Origin: an uncultured virus (IMG/VR IMGVR_UViG_3300028840_006692)
Lineage: Duplodnaviria > Heunggongvirae > Uroviricota > Caudoviricetes
Reading direction: 5' to 3' (one strand)
IMG/VR virus record: IMGVR_UViG_3300028840_006692
Length of the DNA: 64,000 nt
This document shows, in pieces, positions 55,026 through 62,896 of this stretch. Both the position numbers and the translations under genes were made by a program. The notes beneath the pieces were generated by a model. It was not told where the DNA came from. It made no database searches and was given only the letters and a program-made list of their open reading frames with translations. Every line of letters starts with the position of its first letter. Within the stretch, counting starts at the first letter, position 1.

Positions 55026-56855
55026 TTATCCTACCCGTAGGATGCCTCGGGCCAGTTGTCGTTTTTCTGGGGTTGAGAATTGCCGCATCATGAGCACTTC
55101 GCCGTCTGATGCGATTGCGTACCAGGTACCCCGGGTGCCTTTGATCACGCCCCCTCTGGGCATCACCTCAGCGATCGTTTTGCCTTGCTGGGCCTCGCCG
55201 GTGCGCTGGAGGGCCTCAAAGGCAAACCGGTTCATGTGCACCCCAAATGGCGAATCGTTGGGTTTGGCTTGTTTGGCTTTCCACGATTCGCCTTCGATCA
55301 GGCCCAGATGGAAGAGTACGTCGGGATCGGTGATGTACACCTTTGCCACTGAGGGAGTTGGTGGTGGTGGGACACGCGTTGTCTTGGGGACTTCTGCGGC
55401 GTACATGCGCTTGGGTTTTGCCGGCTTGGGGGGTGGTGGTGCTGGCTTGGGGGGTGGTGGTGCCGGCTTGGGGGGCGGTGTTTTTGGTTTTTCTCCCATG
55501 GCTATGGGTGCCAGCTGGGGGTCCACCAGGTAGTTTGCGATGCGGTTACCCTGATTTTCGTAGCTCAGTGTGGCGAAGGTCCCAGCTTTGAGCGCCAGCC
55601 CGAGATTTTCCAGCTGTTGCCATTGTGATGGCGTGATGCTGCCCTTTTTGCGCTCGCTCATGCGTAGATACTCTGAAGCGGTGCCCTTACCTCGGGTGAC
55701 GCTGATTCCAGGCGCGACTGAGCTGGCCACGCGGCGGATCATCGCGGCGCGTTCGTTTAAATCCGTTGGGATTTGCTTTCTTGTCAGGGCGATGTTTTGG
55801 ATTTGAATCCCGAAGCGTTCCATTTCCTCGCGGGGGAGCAGTTTTTCGGGAGATACTGCTTGCTGGATGGTTTTGACATAGTCGGTGGTATCCTGCACAT
55901 TTGCTTGAAACCCAGGGATTCCGAAGTTGCGACTTACTTCGTAGGTGTTGGCCCAGCTTTCACCGGGTTTGCCCGCAACGTAGCGCCACTTGATCTTGAT
56001 CGATGCGCTTCCGCCGTTGACTCTGGTGAAAAATAACGTCTCGACCGCAGATCCAAAAATCCGATACTGTGGATCTTTTGGATCTGGGTTGTACCCCGCC
56101 CACTCGATCCCAGTCGTTTCGTTGATCCAAGCGTGATATTCGGGAATCGCGGCGATGGCTGCTTGTTGGATGGCCTCGTTCGGGTTTTTTGGTTTGGTTG
56201 CGGCACTTATGGGTTGACCTAGAAACTTGCGGCCAAGGTCTGTAAATTGAAGCTTGTTTCCATTTACTTCCGCCAAAATGCCTATCTTGATAAGATGGGA
56301 TATCCCGTTGGACTTGTGCAGCTCGCCTACGTCTGCAGGAAACCATGTTAGCGGTATGGCGGCATAACTGAATTTGGGCGCTTTTTGGATCTGTTCACGT
56401 GCAGCTGTAATGAACCGGTGTTTGATGTCTTGCCTGAGCAGGTGCCTATGATCTCGGAAGACCTCTTCCCAGGTGGGGGTTTTGGGTTTTGCTTGGGGCG
56501 TTTTTGTGCCCATGACAAGCGTTGCCAGCTCTGGATCTGCCAGCCATTTTTGCAGCAAGTATTTCCGATCTTCTGGGCTGATCGTTTTGAGATTCCCCCA
56601 ACGGTCTGCGACTTCGAGCTTTTCGAGCTGTTTCCATTGCAAATCGGTGATTGGTGGTTTCTCGTAGGTGGGTCGTTGCACATCGACCCATCCTGCAGCG
56701 GTGCCGCGTTCCCGCGTGACGCGGATCCCAGGGTTGACGGATCGGAGTACTCTTCGGATACTTGCGGCTTGCTCGTTTAGATCGAGCTTGTTTAGGTCGA
56801 ATGGTGCGGCTTCTGGTTTGCCGCCTTTGATCGCTTGGAGTTTTGGTGGTGCCAT
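55026..56855 (-). CDS. Polyvalent protein with a duplicated ~95-aa domain and a shared C-terminal domain
   Basis: DLNE.AA.IRRV..SV.PGI.VTR..GTA...IT..QW.QLE.L...L.DP.LA...MG appears twice; the last ~100 aa are highly similar to those of 50466..55016. Confidence 0.75.
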   Translation of the reverse strand: MAPPKLQAIKGGKPEAAPFDLNKLDLNEQAASIRRVLRSVNPGIRVTRERGTAAGWVDVQRPTYEKPPITDLQWKQLEKLEVADRWGNLKTISPEDRKYLLQKWLADPELATLVMGTKTPQAKPKTPTWEEVFRDHRHLLRQDIKHRFITAAREQIQKAPKFSYAAIPLTWFPADVGELHKSNGISHLIKIGILAEVNGNKLQFTDLGRKFLGQPISAATKPKNPNEAIQQAAIAAIPEYHAWINETTGIEWAGYNPDPKDPQYRIFGSAVETLFFTRVNGGSASIKIKWRYVAGKPGESWANTYEVSRNFGIPGFQANVQDTTDYVKTIQQAVSPEKLLPREEMERFGIQIQNIALTRKQIPTDLNERAAMIRRVASSVAPGISVTRGKGTASEYLRMSERKKGSITPSQWQQLENLGLALKAGTFATLSYENQGNRIANYLVDPQLAPIAMGEKPKTPPPKPAPPPPKPAPPPPKPAKPKRMYAAEVPKTTRVPPPPTPSVAKVYITDPDVLFHLGLIEGESWKAKQAKPNDSPFGVHMNRFAFEALQRTGEAQQGKTIAEVMPRGGVIKGTRGTWYAIASDGEVLMMRQFSTPEKRQLARGILRVG

Positions 56856-56895
56856 TGGTATATTGTACCAGATTTGGGGGTAAGGTGGGGTCGGA

Positions 56896-58980
56896 TTACT
56901 TAGTTTTGCTGACCTTGCGGGCTTTGCTTGTGGGTCTGGTGATGCCCAGTTTGGCCAGCTGGTCGTCGGTGAGCTGCCTGTGATGATACCCGGCGATCCG
57001 GATGACGAGCGCTACCTGCCGATCTGTCAGTTCGCTTTTGGCTGCCAGCCATTTGCCGGGCTTGGTCCAGAATTTCGAGAACCCGGCATTGTCTCGGGAG
57101 GCGGCGCCGTCGCAGTACCCCGCAATGGTGCGGATGGCCTCGAGTGCGGCGTCGTGCGTGTCTTTGGTGTACTGAGGTGGTCTGCGCCCCGGGCCCGTCT
57201 CGCTGTCGTCGAGGTAGATGGGATCGTTTCCGAGCTGGGCGTCCAGAGCGCCATCACAGATTGCCTGCTTTTTGATCAGCGTGGCGGCCATACGCTGATC
57301 AAGGGACCCGTCCAGCACCAAATGCTGGACCAAGACGGAGTCTTTTTGACCTATGCGGTGGCATCGATCCTCAGCCTGGCTCATGTTTGCGGGCACATAG
57401 TCCAGTTCGGCAAAAACGACGTTGCTGGAAGCTGTTAGGGTGATCCCCACCCCGGCCGCCAGGATGTTGCCCACGAAGACCCTGCACGTGGGATTTTCTT
57501 GGAACTGCTTGACGGCGTCGTTTTTGGCCTGGTCTGAGTCTTTGCCGGTGAGCCTGACGGGCCCGAACTCTGCCAATCCTTCCATGATGCCGTCCACCAC
57601 CGCGTGGTGGTGGGCGAACACCACGACTTTTTCTTGGTTATCCTCGAGCATGTCGCGCAGGTGCTCAACCGCGTGGGGGATCTTTGCAACGGCGGTGTCC
57701 CTTCGGGCCGCGGCGATTTCCTCGAAAGCCACCCGGGTGCAGGCTTGGAGGTTCTTGACTGCTTCTTCGTAGGCCGCCTTGTCGGCCTGCTCTTGGGCGA
57801 TCAAAAGTGCCGCGCGGGCCAAATCGACTTGCTCTTGGACCTTTTCCCACGCGGCTTGCTCTTTTGCGATGACGCCCGATGCCCCGTTGGGCTCAAGCAC
57901 CGTGAGCACCCGGCGCTTGGCCGGGAGCTCGGTTAGCACGTCTTTCTTGAGCCTGCGAATCATGAGACCACCGTTCTCGGTGCGGAGTCTACGCTGCAAC
58001 TCCTCGAGATTTTGGGCACCGCTGAAATCCCAAACCATCTTACGGCCGGCCCAAACTTGCTCAGCCGCACAGTACCTTTTGGCGTAGTACATAAAATTTC
58101 GCCAGGTTTGGGGGTCCAAACTGGAGATCAGCCCCCAGAGCTCCACGGGCTTGTTGGCGATTGGGGTGCCGGTCAAATAGACTTTTTTGAACGCCTTTTC
58201 GGCCAGTCCGCCGGCGCCCTGGCGGTTTCCGATGACCGCAAGGGTTCGCTGCGCCTTTGGGTTCTTTACTTTGTGCGCTTCGTCGATGATGAGCATGTCC
58301 CACTGGTGGTTTTTGAGCTCTCCGAGGAGAGCTTCCCCTCGTTTTCCCGTGAGTCTTTCGAAGTTGGTCACAACGATCAGAACCTTGCCTTTTTCGTGTG
58401 CGGGCAAGTCCCCCGCCTGCTGAACGATTCCGGCCTGCAGAGGTTTGGTGATCCATCGGGTGGCTTCTGCCACCCAATTCCGGCGAAGGGTGGCGGGGCA
58501 GACCACCAGCACCTTTCGAATTTGGGGGTCGGCGTTGATCGCACCGAGTACTTGGATCGTCTTCCCGAGGCCCATTTCGTCTCCCAAGAGGGTAGACTGT
58601 CGTTTGACGATCCACTCGATCCCCGCCTTTTGGTACGGCAGGTATTCGCGCCCGTCGGGGCAATCCACGTTGAAATTGGTGGGCACGGCCACATCTGTGG
58701 CCCTGCTTGCCGCTTCTGCAGCTTTGCTTTGGTCTACCGCTGCTTTGGCGTTGGCGTCCATGTTGGCGTAGAAGCGCCCCGCGATGCTCAGATCGCGGGT
58801 ATGCCAGCTGTAGGCGGGGAGCCCCGCCCTACAAGCTGGGCACTTCGCCCAGCATTTTCCGGAGCTGACGCCCCAGCAAAAGCGAAATCCCGCGGCCTTG
58901 AGAGCTTCGCGGGCTTTCTTTTGGTCGTAGCTGGTGTTTGCATAAAAAATACCTTTTTTAAACTGGACTACGGGTGCCAT
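56896..58980 (-). CDS. SNF2-family (SMARCAL1/HARP-like) helicase/translocase
   Basis: LPYQ, GDEMGLGKT, DEAH, LTGTP..N, RRLK..VL.ELP.K, GVGITLT, QAEDRCHRIGQ. Confidence 0.93.
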   Translation of the reverse strand: MAPVVQFKKGIFYANTSYDQKKAREALKAAGFRFCWGVSSGKCWAKCPACRAGLPAYSWHTRDLSIAGRFYANMDANAKAAVDQSKAAEAASRATDVAVPTNFNVDCPDGREYLPYQKAGIEWIVKRQSTLLGDEMGLGKTIQVLGAINADPQIRKVLVVCPATLRRNWVAEATRWITKPLQAGIVQQAGDLPAHEKGKVLIVVTNFERLTGKRGEALLGELKNHQWDMLIIDEAHKVKNPKAQRTLAVIGNRQGAGGLAEKAFKKVYLTGTPIANKPVELWGLISSLDPQTWRNFMYYAKRYCAAEQVWAGRKMVWDFSGAQNLEELQRRLRTENGGLMIRRLKKDVLTELPAKRRVLTVLEPNGASGVIAKEQAAWEKVQEQVDLARAALLIAQEQADKAAYEEAVKNLQACTRVAFEEIAAARRDTAVAKIPHAVEHLRDMLEDNQEKVVVFAHHHAVVDGIMEGLAEFGPVRLTGKDSDQAKNDAVKQFQENPTCRVFVGNILAAGVGITLTASSNVVFAELDYVPANMSQAEDRCHRIGQKDSVLVQHLVLDGSLDQRMAATLIKKQAICDGALDAQLGNDPIYLDDSETGPGRRPPQYTKDTHDAALEAIRTIAGYCDGAASRDNAGFSKFWTKPGKWLAAKSELTDRQVALVIRIAGYHHRQLTDDQLAKLGITRPTSKARKVSKTK

Positions 58981-59120
58981 TTGCTTTCTCCTTTTGCCTG
59001 AACGATAGGCACAATAATATATGCAAAGAATACGCCTATAGGCTATGTATGTGGAATTCTAGGTTTTGCTAGGTGGCTACAGGAGGCGAAACCGTGACAT
59101 CTATGTCGTGAGGCGCTACT

Positions 59121-59741
59121 TTATGCAGGGGCCCAGTGGGAGGCTACGGTAGGGCTAGGAGTATCTAGGCGGTACCAGTGGTTCCCGTTTGAGACGCCCC
59201 AGACGAACCACGCATAAGCGCTTGCATCGGTTTTGCCGTCGCTCGTGAAAGATGGTCTAGGCACAAGCACGTAGACATCTGGGGGATTTCGCGCAAGGAG
59301 CCTCGCGCGTTTTTTGCTCTCGAGAAAGCGCAATCTTAGGAGCAGGCACACCAAGGCATCGGTGCGCGCGGCGATGGCTAGACATTTTTTGACGAATTCT
59401 CCGGCTAGCGAGTAAGGCGGATTTGTGATGATCAGTTTGGGTTCTGCGCATGGAGCGTATTCGTCGCTCAAAAAGTCTCCGCAATGGGTATTCACTCCAA
59501 GCTCCTCGCAGCACTTGGCGCGGTCGCGCCAAGATTCTACAGCTTCGAGTTTGTGTTTTTGGTGTCCTCGATCGAGGAGGACTCGGAGGATTGCGCCGTC
59601 TCCAGCGGCAGGCTCAAGTACTCTATGGTCCATGGAGACCAGCGCAGACGGCAAGCGATTTAGGATCGCGTGCACTGCGCTTGCTGGCGTGGTGTAGAAA
59701 TCTTGTGGGATGCGTACGTTTGATCTGTTGGTTGCGCTCAT
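59121..59741 (-). CDS. Small N6-adenine DNA methyltransferase
   Basis: DFY.TP, LEPAAGDGAI, DFL, ITNPPY, LLRL.FLE, YAWFVW. Confidence 0.88.
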   Translation of the reverse strand: MSATNRSNVRIPQDFYTTPASAVHAILNRLPSALVSMDHRVLEPAAGDGAILRVLLDRGHQKHKLEAVESWRDRAKCCEELGVNTHCGDFLSDEYAPCAEPKLIITNPPYSLAGEFVKKCLAIAARTDALVCLLLRLRFLESKKRARLLARNPPDVYVLVPRPSFTSDGKTDASAYAWFVWGVSNGNHWYRLDTPSPTVASHWAPA

Positions 59742-59779
59742 GGGGGCATCCTATAATGTTTGTGGGCAACCTCCAAAAA

Positions 59780-60394
59780 TCACAACCTCCGGAGCACGGC
59801 CCAGCTCAGCACGCCGGCTCCGGTGAGCAGCAGCAGCCATCCAGTTGTGTTGTTGGCTCTGGTGGGGGTGGTGGCGTATCCGTTCAGGATGGCTTGGTTG
59901 TACAAGCGCAGGACCTTTTCGACGTAGCCGCGGTTTTGGACGAGGCCCCATCGGTCGGATGGGTTGCGGGTGCATCGCGCACTGCCGGCGTTGTAGCCAG
60001 CTGGAACCTTGACCAGATTGCCTGAGTACCGCTCCATAAGCTCGGCCAGGTACTTGGCACCAAGGTCGACGTTGGTGGAGGGATCGAGCACTTCCTCTCG
60101 AGTCATCCGGCGCCCTGCCAGATAGTTTGCCGTCCCGGGCATCACCTGCATCAGCCCCAGGGCCCCCGCGTAGCTCACCGCTTCCGGTCGGCCGGCAGAC
60201 TCTGCGGCCATGATGGACGCGACCAACGCTTGTGGAATTTGGTACTTGTGTGCCTTTTCTGAGATCAAGCTTCGCCAACCGTCTACCCTGGTTGGCCATC
60301 GGGTAGTGGGGAGCAGCACACCGTCAGCGTGCAGGAGTCCTCCTTCTCCGATCTCCAATCTGGCGCCACTGCATCCACTTTGCATCGCTTCCAT
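59780..60394 (-). CDS. Lytic transglycosylase (SLT/GH23) with C-terminal TM anchor
   Basis: AES, A.GLMQVMP.TA, L.DP..N...GAKYL, YNAG, YV.KV; C-terminal TM followed by RRL. Confidence 0.9.
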   Translation of the reverse strand: MEAMQSGCSGARLEIGEGGLLHADGVLLPTTRWPTRVDGWRSLISEKAHKYQIPQALVASIMAAESAGRPEAVSYAGALGLMQVMPGTANYLAGRRMTREEVLDPSTNVDLGAKYLAELMERYSGNLVKVPAGYNAGSARCTRNPSDRWGLVQNRGYVEKVLRLYNQAILNGYATTPTRANNTTGWLLLLTGAGVLSWAVLRRL

Positions 60395-60464
60395 GGTGGT
60401 ATTCTACCATATATGGTTGTGCAGATCCGCATATAGCGTTATCACCGTGGAAGGAGGCACGAAA

Positions 60465-60977
60465 ATGTCAGTAGTCGAAATAGTGGTTGCACCGGTTGGG
60501 ACGATCGCGGTATACGCTGACCCGAATTCTCGCAAGGCAAGGAGGATTAGGGTATATCCGGCGGATGTTCTGCTTTATGGGCGTTTCAAAAATGGCGAAG
60601 TGTGGCCCCTTATAGACGGGGGTAAGCAGGGGATGATCCCGGCGTACGAGTCGCCGGGATATTTGGGGGTTCTTCCTCCTGATGCGGATTTCGAAGACGA
60701 AAGTGAACGGTTTGAGGAAGATGCCATGGATAAAGCACGCCAATTTGGGCGTGCTTACGTGTTTGGGGAAGACGGTGCAGACGATGACGGGGATGAAGAG
60801 ACAGAAGATTTCGATGAGGAGTCTTCAGAATACGAAGAAGCAGAAGAGCTCGAAGATGATGGGGAAGAATCAGAAGAGCTCGAAGATGATGGGGAAGAAT
60901 CAGAAGAGCTCGAAGATGATGGGGACGATGATGATGGAGGGCGTGCTAAGACCGTGCGAAGTGGGGGCTATCGATGA
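60465..60977 (+). CDS. Hypothetical protein with long acidic tail
   Basis: AAGGAGG SD; EELEDDGEES repeats encoded by a 30-bp tandem repeat (~60842-60925). Confidence 0.65.
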   Translation: MSVVEIVVAPVGTIAVYADPNSRKARRIRVYPADVLLYGRFKNGEVWPLIDGGKQGMIPAYESPGYLGVLPPDADFEDESERFEEDAMDKARQFGRAYVFGEDGADDDGDEETEDFDEESSEYEEAEELEDDGEESEELEDDGEESEELEDDGDDDDGGRAKTVRSGGYR

Positions 60978-60989
60978 TATGATCACCGT

Positions 60990-61481
60990 ATGTCTAACGG
61001 TGAACTGCTCCCACCCCGCCAAACCCTGCTTGCGACATATCAAACCTATGAATCGTGTGCGCTCAGGTATCTCTTTGCGCGCGAACTGAATCTCCAACAC
61101 ATCATCTGGCCCGAAGCGTACGCGGAAGCTGTGGAGCTTGTGCTTGCGATCGAAACGGCCGGTCAAGCGCTTTCTCCGGGAGCACGCGCAGGGGAAGTTC
61201 AGTGGTCGAGTATGCTTTGCGTGGCCAACGTGTATGCTTCGCTGCCTGCTGATTTGCGCGTTGTGGTGCTGCAACGTGTTCGCGAAGGTGTGCCGATTTG
61301 GCAGGTGCCAGAGCTCGGCGCGGGGGCTGGGTGTGATCGTCGTGTTTTTTCTGATCCTGCTTATGATCCCGTGCCTCCTTGTGTCTCTTACAAGGCGCAA
61401 CACGGTCTTTTGACGTTTGTTGGCATGCTGTCGTGGTTGCTTGGTGCGGCTGGTGTGCTCAATGCGCTTTCTGACGATTGA
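60990..61481 (+). CDS. Tail-anchored membrane protein, paralog of 3382/4583
   Basis: WSSMLCVANVYASL....R..V domain; C-terminal TM. Confidence 0.65.
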   Translation: MSNGELLPPRQTLLATYQTYESCALRYLFARELNLQHIIWPEAYAEAVELVLAIETAGQALSPGARAGEVQWSSMLCVANVYASLPADLRVVVLQRVREGVPIWQVPELGAGAGCDRRVFSDPAYDPVPPCVSYKAQHGLLTFVGMLSWLLGAAGVLNALSDD

Positions 61482-61531
61482 CTTAGATTTTTGGTGCGTC
61501 GGGTGATTGCGTAGTATGGTGTGGGTGGATC

Positions 61532-62596
61532 ATGCTGACAAAAAGCGAAAGCAAAACCTACGATAAGGTAAGCACAGTACTTAAAGCAGGTACTGTGTGC
61601 GTGGGCAAAGCCAAGGATGGCCGTGCTCTTGCGGCTGGGGAGTATCCACCGGCGAAGGCAGTGGGCGGTTATGCTCTTTTGCTTGAGGGGTTTCCTGTCA
61701 CAATGGGAACCTGTGATGAGGTGTCGCGTGCGTTTGCTGTGATTTCGCGTAGTGCCATTGTGTACTCAGTAGATAACCCCAAAGGTATTCCTCCAAAGGT
61801 AGAACGGTACTACCAAGAAACCGTCGAAAATCAACCTGGGATGCCCCCGTCACGGGCTTGGGCGGTCGCTTGGTCACGCTATTGTGCGTACACCAACCCA
61901 AAATCCAAACATTGCAGAAAGCCTCAATCAGAGTATTTCCCTGGTAAAAACCCTACGGACAAACCAGAGAAGCGCAAGAACACACCCTTGAAGATAACAC
62001 TGCATCGAGTGGAAGGACCTCCACATTTAGTTCCAGAAATCAGAGTTGTTCAGCGTGTATCCGAGGAAACTGATCTCTACAGGAAAGCCGACGCAGTGCT
62101 CAAAGAATGGGTGTTGAGCATGCCAGGAGACACTGTCAATTTCGTGAAGTACGAAATTGATTGGGACAACGGGCAAGCAATGGGGGGTGAAATGTACTTG
62201 TCCAGAGATTGGGTGGCACGACACTCCTTTGCGGAATCGCTGAAGAGTGTTGTGGCAGTTTTGGCCGGGCGCGGAACGCTGCAGAAAATAAGTCCTGTTG
62301 TGGCAAGCGAGTTTGTTGATTGGGGAAGGGTCCTTCGTGAGTACGATTTTGGAGATACCACGGCAAAACCAGACGCCTATCGCGCTGATCGTTTGGCCGA
62401 TCGCATTACCCACATGATCGGTCGCAGGGTCAGAATCAGATACCGTGGAGAAGCCGTGAAATCGATTGGCGATGGACACGTAATCGCTTACCCCGCAAAT
62501 GGCAAGCCGTTTACGACGGCCGAGCGGCGTATTCTGTCCGATCAAGGATTTGGGGTTTCGACCTACAGCGCGGTGATTCGATTGGCCTCCGCATAA
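61532..62596 (+). CDS. Modular hypothetical protein
   Basis: 354 aa; an apparent module (AWAVAWSRYC) flanked by DNP/KNP motifs. Confidence 0.65.
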   Translation: MLTKSESKTYDKVSTVLKAGTVCVGKAKDGRALAAGEYPPAKAVGGYALLLEGFPVTMGTCDEVSRAFAVISRSAIVYSVDNPKGIPPKVERYYQETVENQPGMPPSRAWAVAWSRYCAYTNPKSKHCRKPQSEYFPGKNPTDKPEKRKNTPLKITLHRVEGPPHLVPEIRVVQRVSEETDLYRKADAVLKEWVLSMPGDTVNFVKYEIDWDNGQAMGGEMYLSRDWVARHSFAESLKSVVAVLAGRGTLQKISPVVASEFVDWGRVLREYDFGDTTAKPDAYRADRLADRITHMIGRRVRIRYRGEAVKSIGDGHVIAYPANGKPFTTAERRILSDQGFGVSTYSAVIRLASA

Positions 62597-62608
62597 AGGA
62601 AATACCCA

Positions 62609-62896
62609 ATGCTTTGTGCATCTCACGAAGAAACAGCCGAAAATGATGAAACGTGCCCGTATTGTGAGTTACAATACCGCGCAACATTGCAAACTGTGTT
62701 TGACGCAGGAATGAGTGTTCTCGAAAAGATGACCTCGGTGGAATTTCTTGCTACTGATGTGGTCAACGCACGGAATAGCGGGTTGGACGAGCTGTTTGCA
62801 GCGATCGACAAGTTGGAGGCTGCTCTGAAAGAGCTCGAGGTGGAGCTTTCGGCACTTGATACCTTGTCGGATTTGCCGGTCAAGGTGTCCGAGTAA
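62609..62896 (+). CDS. Small Zn-finger/coiled-coil protein
   Basis: AAGGA SD; C..H...CPYC followed by a coiled coil. Confidence 0.55.
   Translation: MLCASHEETAENDETCPYCELQYRATLQTVFDAGMSVLEKMTSVEFLATDVVNARNSGLDELFAAIDKLEAALKELEVELSALDTLSDLPVKVSE

Noticed and set aside
50466..55345. Similar 3' ends of two genes as a DGR template/variable repeat pair
   Set aside because: Both copies are coding, many mismatches are synonymous rather than adenine-specific, and no reverse transcriptase is seen.
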